DNA of 64,000 nt from Pyrinomonadaceae bacterium (GCA_036498585.1 DASYFE010000218.1:4094-68093); one strand, 5' to 3'; counted from the first letter of the stretch, positions 17,510 through 28,029 are shown. Made by a program: numbers and translations. Notes: a model not told the origin generated them from the sequence alone.

Positions 17510-19960
17510 GTGAATAAGCAGGCGTTTACAACTCTCGAATACCAGCATCTGCTGGAGCTGATTAAACGAAACGCGCAGACCGAAGCCGGGCAGCGTCGCG
17601 TTGAAGAACTGTCGCCGATTGACGACGCGGCTGAGCTGCGTCACGCGCTCGCCGCGCTTGCTGAATGCGTGCGGCTACGCGCGCGTGGGGTCAAATGGTA
17701 TTTCAACGGATTGACCGAGCCGTCTGAAACGATTGGACGATTGCGTGTTGAAGGCGCGAGCCTCGATCCACTGGCGATCTTGCAGACGGCGCGTCTTTGC
17801 GACCAGGCGATGTCAGCGCGTGCTGCGATTCTGGCCGAGCGCGATGAAGCGCCCGTGCTGTGGCAACTGGTTCAGGATCTGCCGCGCGAGCTCAACACGC
17901 TCATCGCACGTGTCACGAATAAAATCCTGCCAAGCGGAGAGATCGACGACCGCGCGAGCCCGGAGCTGGCCAACATTCGTCACGAGATCAACGTTCTCCG
18001 TTCGCGCATCACGCGCTCGCTTGAAGGACTGATGCGACGTTCGGCCGAAGCGATTCAGGATGAGCTCGTGACGATCCGCAACGATCGTTTCGTAATTCCG
18101 GTGAAGGCCGATCATCGCGGGCGCGTTCAGGGCGTCGCTCATGGTTATTCATCTTCCGGCGCCACCGCTTTCATCGAGCCGCTCGAGACGATCGATGCGA
18201 ACAACGAGTTGCAGAACCTGCATGAGAGCGAAGCGCGTGAGATCGCAAAGATTCTTTTCGGTCTGTCAGAAGAATTGCGCGCGCAACTGCCTGCGATCGA
18301 GATGGCGGCGGAGGCCGTCGCCGAGCTCGATTTTATCAACGCGCGCGCGGTTTTTCACTGGGGCTTCGACTGCGTCATTCCCGAGATTCAAACGGAGACA
18401 AACGGTAGCGGCGAGCTGGAGTTGATCGAAGCTCGACATCCGCTACTCGAAGAAAACCTGCGCGCGACGGGCGGCTCCGTTGTGCCTGTTTCGTTTGCAC
18501 TCGACAACGAAAAGAATGCGATGGTGATCTCGGGCGCGAACGCCGGCGGTAAGACGGTGGTATTAAAGACGACGGGCTTGCTTGCGTTGATGGCGATCTC
18601 GGGGATTTCCGTGCCGGCGCGCGCGGCGCGTTTTCCGTTTTACGCATCAGTGCTTGCGGATATCGGCGATCATCAATCGCTGGCTGCGAACCTCTCGACA
18701 TTTACGTCACACGCGGCCAACATCGCGCGGATGATCGAGTTGTGCGAAGCGCCGGCGCTCGTTTTGCTCGACGAAGTCGGAACTGGAACTGATCCCGAAG
18801 AGGGATCGGCGCTCGGTGTCGCTGTCGTCGATCATTTCAGACGCGCTTGCAGTGCGCATGTCATAGCGACCACGCATTACAGTGGAGTGAAGATGTATGC
18901 CGCCAACGAAGAGGGCGTGCTGAACGCGAGTGTTGAGTTTGACGAAAAGACTCTGCGCCCGACTTACCGTTTGCTCGTCGGCGTCGCTGGTGCATCTTCT
19001 GGTCTGGAGATCGCGCGACGGTTTGGCGTTCCGACGCAAATCGTGGAAAACGCGATGCGATCGGTGGCAGACTCGTCGTTGCAGGCGTCGGAGTATCTGC
19101 GTCGAATCAAGCGCGAGTCTGAAGAAGCTGAAGCATTGCGTATCGCGTTAGAGGAGGAACGACAGGCCGTCGCGGAGAAGTTCGCGTCGCTTGATAAGGA
19201 AGCCGCGAAACAGGAACGTGAGCGCCAGTCGGCGTTTGATCAGACGGTGCAGCGCGTGATTTCTGGGCTCGAGAAGCATGCTCGCGAGCTCGTCGCCAGG
19301 ATTGAAGACCGCACGGAGCGTGTTCGTGTCGAACGTGATGCGCAACGGCGGATCGCGGAAATAAAGCGCACGGCGCAGCGGGAAGTTCGTGTCGTGCGTG
19401 AGGGGCAGCCGGTTCAACCAGAACGTGTTGAGCCCGAAGTTTCCGTCGAGGAAGCTCCGGAATACGTCGCGGCTGCGCCGCGTGAAATCGTTGTTGGCGA
19501 TCGCGTTAAGCTGCGCTCGTTCGGATCGGTTGGTATCGTGGACCAGATCAAGAATGGAGTAGCGGAAGTGCGGGTGAAATCACTAAGGCTCCGCGAGAAG
19601 CTCGAAAACCTTGATTTAGTTGAGGCTACGAACCCGAAACCGCCAGCAGGCAAACTAGAAAAACTGCGACGCTCCGCAGAAACCGAAAGTCGTCTCGCGC
19701 CTGCAGATGACAAAGCGCAATCGGAGTTGAACGTCATCGGACAGACGACTGACGAAGCAGTTGACGCCGTCGACAAGTTTCTCGATGAAGCCTCTTTAGC
19801 AAGTTTGAGCAAAGTCCGAATCATTCACGGTCACGGCACAGGCGCCCTCCGCCGCGCAATCGGCGCCCTACTCGACGGCCACCCTCACGTGTCGCGTTTC
19901 CTACCCGCCCCACCCGACCAGGGCGGTGCTGGTGCAACACTCGTTGAGTTGAGACAATGA
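17510..19960 (+). CDS. mutS2: endonuclease MutS2 (MutS domain V ATPase + C-terminal Smr)
   Basis: It has the Walker A motif GANAGGKTVVLKT, the segment LLDEVGTGTDPEEG and a C-terminal Smr domain (VRIIHGHGTGALRRAI). The start is GTG. Confidence 0.9.
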   Translation: MNKQAFTTLEYQHLLELIKRNAQTEAGQRRVEELSPIDDAAELRHALAALAECVRLRARGVKWYFNGLTEPSETIGRLRVEGASLDPLAILQTARLCDQAMSARAAILAERDEAPVLWQLVQDLPRELNTLIARVTNKILPSGEIDDRASPELANIRHEINVLRSRITRSLEGLMRRSAEAIQDELVTIRNDRFVIPVKADHRGRVQGVAHGYSSSGATAFIEPLETIDANNELQNLHESEAREIAKILFGLSEELRAQLPAIEMAAEAVAELDFINARAVFHWGFDCVIPEIQTETNGSGELELIEARHPLLEENLRATGGSVVPVSFALDNEKNAMVISGANAGGKTVVLKTTGLLALMAISGISVPARAARFPFYASVLADIGDHQSLAANLSTFTSHAANIARMIELCEAPALVLLDEVGTGTDPEEGSALGVAVVDHFRRACSAHVIATTHYSGVKMYAANEEGVLNASVEFDEKTLRPTYRLLVGVAGASSGLEIARRFGVPTQIVENAMRSVADSSLQASEYLRRIKRESEEAEALRIALEEERQAVAEKFASLDKEAAKQERERQSAFDQTVQRVISGLEKHARELVARIEDRTERVRVERDAQRRIAEIKRTAQREVRVVREGQPVQPERVEPEVSVEEAPEYVAAAPREIVVGDRVKLRSFGSVGIVDQIKNGVAEVRVKSLRLREKLENLDLVEATNPKPPAGKLEKLRRSAETESRLAPADDKAQSELNVIGQTTDEAVDAVDKFLDEASLASLSKVRIIHGHGTGALRRAIGALLDGHPHVSRFLPAPPDQGGAGATLVELRQ

Positions 19961-19965
19961 TTACC

Positions 19966-20167
19966 ACGCCGAAGGCGTTGGCTAATTTCGGCCCAGGGTT
20001 GGAAGCGAAGCGACAACCCTGGGATTACAACAAATAATTTATTGAACCCTGAAAGGGTTCGGCGGTTGGCGAACCCTTTCAGGGTTTAAACGCCTCTTGA
20101 TGTGATGGTCCCCCAAGGTTCTCGCAAGCTCGAACCCTGGGCTGAAATTAGCCAACGCCTTCGGCGT
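19966..20167. mobile_element. MITE-like 202-bp element with 35-bp terminal inverted repeats (family H, AACCCTG units)
   Basis: The left arm ACGCCGAAGGCGTTGGCTAATTTCGGCCCAGGGTT (19966-20000) pairs with the right arm AACCCTGGGCTGAAATTAGCCAACGCCTTCGGCGT (20133-20167) with 1 mismatch in 35. Internal hairpins are GAACCCTGAAAGGGTTC and GAACCCTTTCAGGGTT. It has no coding capacity. Confidence 0.7.
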
Positions 20168-20203
20168 TAGAGCCCTTTTAGTTCAGCGTTCGAGCCCATT
20201 TAA

Positions 20204-22015
20204 ATGCGTTACCCCCAGACATTCATCGACGATCTAAAACGACAGGCAGACATCGTCCGGGTCATACAGGATTACGTGCAGCTCAAGAAGAAGGGCGCGA
20301 ATTGGATGGCGTGCTGCCCATTTCACAAGGAAAAGACGCCCTCGTTTTCCGTCAGTCCCGCGAAGGAAATCTTCTACTGCTTCGGCTGTCATAAAGGTGG
20401 CTCGGTGTTCAATTTTGTAATGGAGATCGAGCGTGTCCCGTTTCCTGAAGCGATCAAGATCGTCGCTGATAAAGTCGGAATGCCGTTGCCGAAAATGGTT
20501 GACGACGGCCGCTTCGAAGCGCGTCGACAGGAGTCAGATCTCGTCATCCAGCTCAACGGCTGGGCAATGGAATGGTGGCAACAGCAGCTCGAATCCAGCA
20601 GCGAAGGCCGCATCGCGCGCGAGTATCTGAAAGACCGCGGCATCACCGATGAGACTGTAAAAACGTTTCGTCTCGGCTACGCGCCCGACAGTTGGGACGC
20701 ACTCTCGATCTACCTGAGAAACAAAGGCGCCACTCAGGACCATATAGATAGAAGCGGGCTCGTTGCCAGGAACGAAGACAATACTCGATCCTGGGATCGC
20801 TTTCGTGGTCGACTGATGTTTCCCGTGCTCGACGCGCAGGGCCGGCCTATCGCTTTCGGTGGCCGCACGCTCAAAGGCGAAGACGCGAAATACATCAACT
20901 CACCCGAAACCACCGCATACGTAAAGGGTCGAAATCTGTTTGGACTGAATCTCACGCGCGACGAGATTCGCCGCCAGGGTTTCGCGATCTTGGTCGAAGG
21001 ATTTCTCGATCTGATCGTGCCTTATCAATTCGGTGTGCGAAACGTCGCCGCGAGTTTGGGAACGGCATTGACGCCCGATCAGGTAAAGCTTCTAAGCAGG
21101 TTTGCGCGTAAAGTTGTAGTCAACTATGATGGCGACCGAGCCGGCATAAACGCAGCAAAGAAAGCGATCGAAATTCTCCTCGCTGAAGATTTCGATGTAA
21201 AAGTGCTGGTGCTTCCCGACAACGCGGATCCGGATGAATACATCCGCAAGTTTGGAGTAAGTGAATATCAGCAACAAAGAGCGCAGGCACAACCACACAT
21301 CCAATTCGTAATCGAAAGCGCTTTACGCGACCGTAATCTTCACCGGCCCGCGGAAAAGGCTGAAGCCGTCGAAGAAGTTCTTCCCTACATTCGCGCCGTC
21401 AACAGCCGCATTACGAAGCGTGAATATTTCGACATGGCGATGGATGCGCTCGGGATCGATCGTGAGAACACGAACACATCCACATGGCGACGTGAGTTGT
21501 GGCAGATGGTGCGGGACAACCGGAAGCTTCGTCCCACCACCGTTCAGGCGTTGACAAGACGAACTGAGGCCACCGCCGCAGAACAGCGTCTGCTTGGCTT
21601 GATTCTTGCCGACGAAAACCTGCGACACGAAGTCCTCGAAATGTTGCGTGAAGAAGATTACGAAGATTTGGCCACCGCGCCGCTCTTCAAAGCGTTGTTT
21701 GATCTCGAACGTGAAGGCGCAGAGATTGATTACGACAATCTGACTCGCAAAACCGAGGATGACGAGTCTGCCGCAGCGATGATCCCAATGGTTCTGATGA
21801 ACTCGTCCCTGCACGCCTCAAACGAGCATTACATCGCCGCCGAGTGCGTCACCACGTTCAGATTGATGAAAGTTGACCTGCGGATCGAAGAGTTGAGAAG
21901 AGAGCTCGTGATCGCCGAGCGTGAACAGGACATGGATCGGCTTTCGAAACTCTCGTCAGAGCAGATTCAGCTTTCTGCACAGCGGCAGTCGATGTTGTTG
22001 CAATCGCCGAGATAG
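20204..22015 (+). CDS. dnaG: DNA primase
   Basis: It has a zinc ribbon (CCPFHKEKTPSFSVSPAKEIFYCFGCHKGG) and a Toprim region (ILVEGFLDLI, VNYDGDRAG). Confidence 0.95.
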   Translation: MRYPQTFIDDLKRQADIVRVIQDYVQLKKKGANWMACCPFHKEKTPSFSVSPAKEIFYCFGCHKGGSVFNFVMEIERVPFPEAIKIVADKVGMPLPKMVDDGRFEARRQESDLVIQLNGWAMEWWQQQLESSSEGRIAREYLKDRGITDETVKTFRLGYAPDSWDALSIYLRNKGATQDHIDRSGLVARNEDNTRSWDRFRGRLMFPVLDAQGRPIAFGGRTLKGEDAKYINSPETTAYVKGRNLFGLNLTRDEIRRQGFAILVEGFLDLIVPYQFGVRNVAASLGTALTPDQVKLLSRFARKVVVNYDGDRAGINAAKKAIEILLAEDFDVKVLVLPDNADPDEYIRKFGVSEYQQQRAQAQPHIQFVIESALRDRNLHRPAEKAEAVEEVLPYIRAVNSRITKREYFDMAMDALGIDRENTNTSTWRRELWQMVRDNRKLRPTTVQALTRRTEATAAEQRLLGLILADENLRHEVLEMLREEDYEDLATAPLFKALFDLEREGAEIDYDNLTRKTEDDESAAAMIPMVLMNSSLHASNEHYIAAECVTTFRLMKVDLRIEELRRELVIAEREQDMDRLSKLSSEQIQLSAQRQSMLLQSPR

Positions 22016-22033
22016 GAATTCGGAGCTACAACG

Positions 22034-23770
22034 GTGAGTAGTATGGAAGAAAAAGATCGTGACGACGTGATGGAGCGACTGCTCGAGCTCGGCGGCGACA
22101 AGAAATACCTGACGTTTGACGATCTCAATCGCGAGTTGCCGGACAATGTCGTGTCTCCTGACGACATTGAAGATGTACTTCAGAAGCTCGAAGGCTCGAA
22201 TATTCCGGTTGCGGATTCAGACGAAAGACTGCTCGAACAGGCGGCTGCGACCGCCGCTGACGAAGACGAAGAAGCCCTCGACGAGGACATTGAATTAGAC
22301 CTTTCCGCCGGCGCACTCGAAAAGACAAACGATCCGGTTCGACTTTACCTCCGCGAGATGGGCGTTGTGCCGTTGCTCACGCGCGAAGGCGAAGTCGCGA
22401 TCGCGAAGCGCATCGAGCGTGGTCAACTCAAGACACAGAAAGCAGTCACGCGTTCTCCAATCGCCGTCCGCGAAGTGTTGAAGATCGGCGAAGATCTAGA
22501 GAACGGCCGTATCAACATCCGCGACACCGTTACTTTTTCGGAGCAAGCCGAGCTCACCGGCGACGAAGACAAAGCCGAAGAGTATCGGACCTGGACTGTG
22601 GAAGGCATCCAGAACATCAACAAGAACTGCAAAGTCGGATTGAAAGAGCTCGAGAAGATGAGGCTCGAGCAGAAAGAGTGTCACGGAAAGAAGAGCAAGA
22701 AGCTCGCGAAACTCAAAAGAAGAGTGGCGCGGTGTCGACTCGAGATCGCGCAGGAGATCGGGCGTCTCAACTTAACCGAACGTGCGCGCCAGCGACTGAT
22801 CAATGCGATTCGCGCCGTGCAGAAATCTGTGCGTGAAGCTGAGCGTGAGATCGATAGTGCAAACGAGAAGCTAAACAATCGAAAGCGACTCAAGCCCGAG
22901 GAGCAGAGAGATCTCAAGCGCCGGATTTTGATGGCGAAGAAAAAGCTTCTGCAGATCGAGATCGATAACTACGTCAGCCCGGTTGAGATCAAGCGATCGT
23001 TACAGTCGATCGTCATCGGCGAGCAGCAGACGGGCCAGGCGAAACGCGAGCTGGTTGAAGCGAATTTGCGGCTGGTGGTGTCGATCGCGAAGAAGTATAC
23101 GAATCGTGGTTTGCAGTTTCTGGATCTGATCCAGGAAGGCAACATCGGTTTGATGAAGGCGGTCGACAAGTTTGAATGGCGGCGCGGTTACAAGTTTTCG
23201 ACGTACGCGACGTGGTGGATTCGCCAGGCGATCACACGCGCGATTGCGGATCAGGCGCGCACGATACGCATTCCGGTTCATATGATCGAGACGATCAATA
23301 AGCTGATTCGCACGTCGCGATCCCTCGTCCAGGAGTTGGGCCGCGAGCCGACGAGTGAAGAGATCGCGCGGAAGATGGATATTCCGGTCTCGAAAGTGCG
23401 GAAGGTTTTGAAGATTGCTCAGGAGCCGATCTCTTTGGAGACGCCGATCGGCGAAGAAGAGGACTCGCACCTCGGCGATTTCATTGAAGACAAGTCGATC
23501 TTGAATCCGGCGGATGCAGTGGTTGCGTCGAACCTGCGCGAGATCACGGATGAGGTTCTAGCCACGCTCACGCCGCGCGAGGAGAAAGTGATCAAGATGC
23601 GGTTTGGGCTCGGGACCACCGGTTCGGAGCACACGCTTGAGGAAGTCGGTCAGCACTTCGCAGTGACGCGCGAACGTATCCGCCAGATCGAAGCGAAAGC
23701 TCTACGAAAGCTGCGTCACCCCTCACGCTCCCGTAAACTCAAAGCCTTCCTCGACGGCGCACCAAGATAA
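22034..23770 (+). CDS. rpoD: RNA polymerase sigma factor RpoD (sigma-70)
   Basis: Regions 1.2 to 4 are present: [47 protein letters not shown] and [30 protein letters not shown]. An alternative start is ATG 22043. Confidence 0.95.
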   Translation: MSSMEEKDRDDVMERLLELGGDKKYLTFDDLNRELPDNVVSPDDIEDVLQKLEGSNIPVADSDERLLEQAAATAADEDEEALDEDIELDLSAGALEKTNDPVRLYLREMGVVPLLTREGEVAIAKRIERGQLKTQKAVTRSPIAVREVLKIGEDLENGRINIRDTVTFSEQAELTGDEDKAEEYRTWTVEGIQNINKNCKVGLKELEKMRLEQKECHGKKSKKLAKLKRRVARCRLEIAQEIGRLNLTERARQRLINAIRAVQKSVREAEREIDSANEKLNNRKRLKPEEQRDLKRRILMAKKKLLQIEIDNYVSPVEIKRSLQSIVIGEQQTGQAKRELVEANLRLVVSIAKKYTNRGLQFLDLIQEGNIGLMKAVDKFEWRRGYKFSTYATWWIRQAITRAIADQARTIRIPVHMIETINKLIRTSRSLVQELGREPTSEEIARKMDIPVSKVRKVLKIAQEPISLETPIGEEEDSHLGDFIEDKSILNPADAVVASNLREITDEVLATLTPREEKVIKMRFGLGTTGSEHTLEEVGQHFAVTRERIRQIEAKALRKLRHPSRSRKLKAFLDGAPR

Positions 23771-23774
23771 GAAA

Positions 23775-23865
23775 GCACAGAACCGAGCGCGGTAGCGCCG
23801 GGTCAACCTGCCCACGAGATATGATTCGGAATGTTGACCCGGCGCTACCGCGCTCGGTTCTGTGC
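23775..23865. repeat. family-F palindromic repeat
   Basis: GCACAGAACCGAGCGCGGTAGCGCCGGGTCAAC is followed by a loop and its inverted copy. It sits between the convergent rpoD and 23876 genes and is probably a bidirectional terminator. Confidence 0.95.
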
Positions 23866-23875
23866 GTGCCAGGAT

Positions 23876-24250
23876 CTATTTGAAAGCCAGGAACGCAGTG
23901 CTCTTCACGGTCTCATCGAATTCGTAGTTATACGTATACCCCGGAAACTCAATCACCCGAACATACTGAACCCTCACCTCGATCCGGTTATCCCGTTGCG
24001 CAACTGTGATGTTGGCGTCCGTAGGGATCTCGTATTCAGGCGCGCTCTTCCTCAGCTGTTCCCCGGCCCATGACGGCGAATAACCCTGGGCCACCGAAAC
24101 GTCCGCGTAGTGCTGCATCAAATCCTTGAACGTTTTTGCCTGAAAAGCTACAGGCACGTAGAGATATCCCGCATATGCAGTCGAGCACATGATCGCCATC
24201 ACGACGACAAACTTGAGGGTCGCACTCCCTCGTTCGCCTGATCTCTGCAT
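23876..24250 (-). CDS. hypothetical membrane-anchored protein
   Basis: With start ATG 24250, 2 nt after the aroB stop, the protein is 124 aa and has one TM (LKFVVVMAIMCSTAYAGYLYVPV). The track start 24367 would overlap aroB by 115 nt. Confidence 0.5.
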   Translation of the reverse strand: MQRSGERGSATLKFVVVMAIMCSTAYAGYLYVPVAFQAKTFKDLMQHYADVSVAQGYSPSWAGEQLRKSAPEYEIPTDANITVAQRDNRIEVRVQYVRVIEFPGYTYNYEFDETVKSTAFLAFK

Positions 24251-24252
24251 TC

Positions 24253-25380
24253 TCAGAAGCTCTCCTGTAGGCGTAATCCCGCTCGCAATGAAAGTCGCAG
24301 GTTCTTCGCGCTGATAAGCCGGCCTTCCACGATCTTGGGCCGGCCTATCCCTTCGAGCAACACCCAATTGATCTGACCACCGACGCTCTTCTTATCGTGC
24401 TTGAGTGCGCCGGTGATCTGGTTCGTATCGAGTTGGTCTGCGCGTGGCAGTGGTCCGCAAAGTCTTACTGCATCGCGCAGCGAATCATGAGTCCCGGAGT
24501 CGATCAGACCCAGGTTTCTCGAAAGTTCCCCGGCAACTAACATTCCATAACCAACCGCTTCGCCGTGACGGAAGTAGCGATAGTTCGTGATCGTCTCAAG
24601 CGCGTGGGCCGTTGTGTGTCCAAAATTGAGCACGCGCCGCGATTTTGTGTCGGTGCGGCTGGTCGACTCGCGCTCGTCGTTCGCGACGATCGAAGCCTTG
24701 AAACCGCACTGCGCCGCGATCAGTTCTTCAAATTCCGGCGAGAGTAAAAAATCGTGTTTTTGAAGACAATCAACGGTCATTTCAAATAGCGATTTATCAG
24801 CCATCAGCGCTTGTTTGACCATTTCACAGAAGCCGGAAACGAGCTCGCGCGGAGGCAGGGACACGAGTGTTTCCGTGTCGATAAAGACTGAGGCCGGCTG
24901 ATGAAAAGCGCCGACGAGGTTTTTTCCGGTCGCGAGATTAATCCCGGTCTTGCCGCCGACTGACGAGTCGATCTGCGACAAAAGCGTCGTCGGCACTTGG
25001 ACGAGCGGCAACCCGCGCAGGTAAATCGCAGCGGCGAAACCCGCGAGATCGCCGACGACGCCACCACCAAGCGCGAGTACGAGATCGTCCCTTTCAAAGC
25101 GGTTTTCGCTCAGGAAAATCACCGCTTTTTCAAGACTACGGAACGACTTGTACCGTTCGCCCTCAGGCATGAGCCAATCGAGGGTTGTGAATCCTGCTGT
25201 CTTCAAAGAGCGCTTAACTTCGCGGCCGTACAGTTGAAATACTCGCTCATTGGAAATGATCCCAACACGACGAGGAGGCTTTACTGGTAGCGATTGCCCG
25301 AGGTTTCGCCTGATACCGGCGGCGATGTTGATTTCACTTTTGCGGGCTTGTTGATTTAGCGAGATTTCCAGCCTATGCAT
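24253..25380 (-). CDS. aroB: 3-dehydroquinate synthase
   Basis: It contains LALGGGVVGDLAGFAAAIYLRG, VQVPTTLLSQIDSSVGGKTGIN and LNFGHTTAHALE. I prefer ATG 25380 over GTG 25401. Confidence 0.9.
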   Translation of the reverse strand: MHRLEISLNQQARKSEINIAAGIRRNLGQSLPVKPPRRVGIISNERVFQLYGREVKRSLKTAGFTTLDWLMPEGERYKSFRSLEKAVIFLSENRFERDDLVLALGGGVVGDLAGFAAAIYLRGLPLVQVPTTLLSQIDSSVGGKTGINLATGKNLVGAFHQPASVFIDTETLVSLPPRELVSGFCEMVKQALMADKSLFEMTVDCLQKHDFLLSPEFEELIAAQCGFKASIVANDERESTSRTDTKSRRVLNFGHTTAHALETITNYRYFRHGEAVGYGMLVAGELSRNLGLIDSGTHDSLRDAVRLCGPLPRADQLDTNQITGALKHDKKSVGGQINWVLLEGIGRPKIVEGRLISAKNLRLSLRAGLRLQESF

Positions 25381-25400
25381 GCTGAGGCCGGATTCTAACA

Positions 25401-25428
25401 CGGCTTTCTTTGTGCTTTTTGGTGGCTA
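25401..25428. repeat. family-E half element
   Basis: CGGCTTTCTTTGTGCTTTTTGGTGGCTA resembles GGTGCCTTTTGTGCCTCTCTGTGGCTT at 10990. Confidence 0.5.
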
Positions 25429-25441
25429 GCTTTAAAAGCGA

Positions 25442-25477
25442 ATGGGCGCGACATACGTGGGAGTGCGTCGCGCCCAT
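25442..25477 (-). terminator. perfect 11-bp hairpin, possible terminator on the minus strand
   Basis: ATGGGCGCGAC / GTCGCGCCCAT with a 14-nt loop. On the minus strand it is followed by TCGCTTTTAAAG. It lies 230 nt downstream of the glmM stop and upstream of aroB. Confidence 0.4.
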
Positions 25478-25706
25478 CCATATTCGTGGTTACTGTCCTC
25501 ACCCCAGCAACCACTTGAGACGGAGGATCCACCAACCGTCTCTCTTGCCCCGCAATATACACCGCAACGCCTGTGCCGTGCAAGGGGGTTTTTGTCTTTG
25601 CTACGAGACCCCTGTGTTTACTTAGTAAACAGTCATTGAGGCAACGAAGAGTCGATTCGTCAGGCGTGAGTCGTGTAGATTTTTCTTGGGTGTGGGTGTA
25701 GAAATT

Positions 25707-27062
25707 TCACGAGACGCCGATCTCGCTCTCGATGACGCGGGCGATGCGCGCCGCGTATTCGTCGATTTGATTCTGGTTCTCACCTTCGATCATGACCCGG
25801 GCCAGCTTCTCCGTTCCTGAGTAGCGAAGCAGCAGCCGTCCTTTCTGCGAAAGCAGTTCCTCAACCTCTGCGACCGCAGTCTGCACCGAAGTGAGCTCAC
25901 TGAACGGGATCTTCTCGCGCACACGTACATTCACCAGAATTTGCGGATACTGCGTGAACCCGGCCGTCATCTCAGCCAGTGTCTTTCGTGATTCGCGAAG
26001 CGCCCGCAAGAGGCATAGAGCGGTGATCATCCCATCGCCCGCGAGACTCAGCTCCGGCATGATGATGTGACCCGACTGCTCACCGCCCAAACTTGCGCCG
26101 AGTCGCAGCAGCTCTTCCAACACGTACTTGTCGCCGACGTCAGCTCGGACGAGCCGGATTCCGACGGAGCGCAAGGCGATCTCAAGACCGATGTTGCTCA
26201 TGACTGTCGCGACGACGATGTTGTCTTTCAAGTTACCGTGCGACTGAAGATGAGTGGCGAGCGCCCAGAGCGTGGCGTCACCATCGACGAAGTTGCCGTT
26301 GCCGTCGACGAAGAGCGAGCGGTCGGCGTCACCATCGAAAGCCACGCCCAGATCGGCGCGCTCGTTGAAGACTTTCTCGCGCAGCGAATCGATATGAAGC
26401 GAGCCGCAATTAAGATTGATGTTTCGACCATCCGGCGAAGCATTGATCGCGATGACGCGCGCACCGAGACGCTCGAACAGAACCGGCGCAAACGCAGAGC
26501 TGGCGCCATTTGCGCAATCGACGACGATTGTCAGGCCGTCGAGCGTCAATCCTTTACCAATGTCATCGGCGAGGAACGATAGGTAATCCTCATGAAGTTG
26601 CTCTTCGATCTTCGGTGAACGCTCTACGGAACCGGGCTGAGCATCGACGGGTTGCTTGTTTTCGAAGATGTCCAATTCGATTTGACGCTCGACCGTGTCG
26701 TCCATCTTTCGCCCTGAAGGAGCGAAGATCTTGATGCCATTGTCCTGGTAAGGATTGTGCGAGGCGCTGATCACGACGCCTGCCGACGCCTGGAATTTGC
26801 GAGTTAAGAACGCGACGCCCGGAGTAGTGATTACACCAGCAGACATGCACTTCGCGCCCGCGCGTGTGGCGCCTGCGATGAGCGCATGCTCGATCGATTC
26901 GCCGGATTCGCGCGTGTCGCGACCGATGATGATTTGCGGTGTTGGAGTGCGTTCGGCGAGATGTGAGGCGAGTGAAAACCCGATCGCGCTTACAGTCGCT
27001 GAATCGAGTGGAAACTGTCCTGCTTCGCCTCGTATACCGTCAGTACCAAAGAGAGCTTTCAT
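25707..27062 (-). CDS. glmM: phosphoglucosamine mutase
   Basis: It starts MKALFGTDGIRG and has the phosphoserine loop SASHNPYQDNGIK, the metal-binding DGDADR and GGEQSGH. Confidence 0.95.
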   Translation of the reverse strand: MKALFGTDGIRGEAGQFPLDSATVSAIGFSLASHLAERTPTPQIIIGRDTRESGESIEHALIAGATRAGAKCMSAGVITTPGVAFLTRKFQASAGVVISASHNPYQDNGIKIFAPSGRKMDDTVERQIELDIFENKQPVDAQPGSVERSPKIEEQLHEDYLSFLADDIGKGLTLDGLTIVVDCANGASSAFAPVLFERLGARVIAINASPDGRNINLNCGSLHIDSLREKVFNERADLGVAFDGDADRSLFVDGNGNFVDGDATLWALATHLQSHGNLKDNIVVATVMSNIGLEIALRSVGIRLVRADVGDKYVLEELLRLGASLGGEQSGHIIMPELSLAGDGMITALCLLRALRESRKTLAEMTAGFTQYPQILVNVRVREKIPFSELTSVQTAVAEVEELLSQKGRLLLRYSGTEKLARVMIEGENQNQIDEYAARIARVIESEIGVS

Positions 27063-28018
27063 TTCGTAGGTATAAACCTCGAAGTGTGGACAGATTTCAA
27101 AACGACTTTTCCTTTCAATGCGTCGGGCAGGTCCAGACGCGGTTTGAGATCCGCGCCCTGCAAAACGATCTTCATCTCCTCGGGCTTCAACGATTCGAGA
27201 AAACTCGCAACGCCTAACACCGTCACCGAAGTCGTCGCCGGCTGGACTTTACCGCCGTCTTGAGTCGTGACTGCCACGTCTCCGAAGGTCTTCTCAATTC
27301 GTCGTTCACCGATCTCGACAGCGACATTCACCATTGGTTCGAGCAGATCGACTTTCGGATCCGGAACGTCGAGCGCCACGTTTGGCTGAGTGAAACTTTG
27401 ATTGTGCCCCGCGAGCCAGACGCTTTCAGTCGCCACTTTTTGAAGCGCGTTCACGCGGCTCGCGGGGCCGCGCACCACCACGCTGCCTTTGCTCGGGTAA
27501 ACGGAATAAACCTCGAATCCGTCGGCGGGCTTGCCTTCGAGTTTCGGCTCGACTTCGATTTGCCGCTCCAGAATTTCTTCGAGGCGAATCGGGATCGCGC
27601 TCGGTTGAAAGCCGTCGACTTTGATCCCTTGCGGCAAGGTGATCTGCGCTTTGTCGGCGAGACGCAAAACTCTCTCGCCCGCGCGTTGATCGCTGATGTC
27701 GACGGTTGCGACCAGGTCGAGCGTGGTCAGATCGTCGAGCTTGGTGCGGCTGCCCGTAAGCATCACGTCGACGGTGCGTGGTGGATCGTTACTGATTTCC
27801 AGTGATTGAGGCCGGATGAAATTGAGCTGGACGTTGACGTGCGCCGTCACGGGTTGATTTTGTCCGGTGACGAGCAGCCACAACACGATCGCGATCGCGA
27901 GCGACAGAAGTTTCAGGCTCCAGTCTTCGATGAAGATCCGTCGCAGTATCTTCTCGACGCGGTTCGGCGCCGGCCGCGGATCTGATGTGGTGACTTCGTC
28001 TTCGTCCTGGAATGGCAT
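27059..28018 (-). CDS. cdaR: YbbR-domain protein (CdaR-like regulator of diadenylate cyclase)
   Basis: It has an N-terminal TM and repeated YbbR-like beta-rich units. It lies between cdaA and glmM, with an ATGA overlap onto the glmM start. Confidence 0.7.
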   Translation of the reverse strand: MPFQDEDEVTTSDPRPAPNRVEKILRRIFIEDWSLKLLSLAIAIVLWLLVTGQNQPVTAHVNVQLNFIRPQSLEISNDPPRTVDVMLTGSRTKLDDLTTLDLVATVDISDQRAGERVLRLADKAQITLPQGIKVDGFQPSAIPIRLEEILERQIEVEPKLEGKPADGFEVYSVYPSKGSVVVRGPASRVNALQKVATESVWLAGHNQSFTQPNVALDVPDPKVDLLEPMVNVAVEIGERRIEKTFGDVAVTTQDGGKVQPATTSVTVLGVASFLESLKPEEMKIVLQGADLKPRLDLPDALKGKVVLKSVHTSRFIPTK

Positions 28019-28029
28019 GCTAAATGTCT

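Noticed and set aside
23876-24367. Track-defined long starts that overlap neighbours or repeats: 24367, 1801, 14335, 25401, 29981, 34071, 39747, 47326, 48585, 57673 and 11606.
   Set aside because: In each case an internal start with a better SD gives a typical protein N-terminus. It also removes overlap with a neighbouring gene or with repeat-encoded codons. The longer forms are kept only as alternatives.
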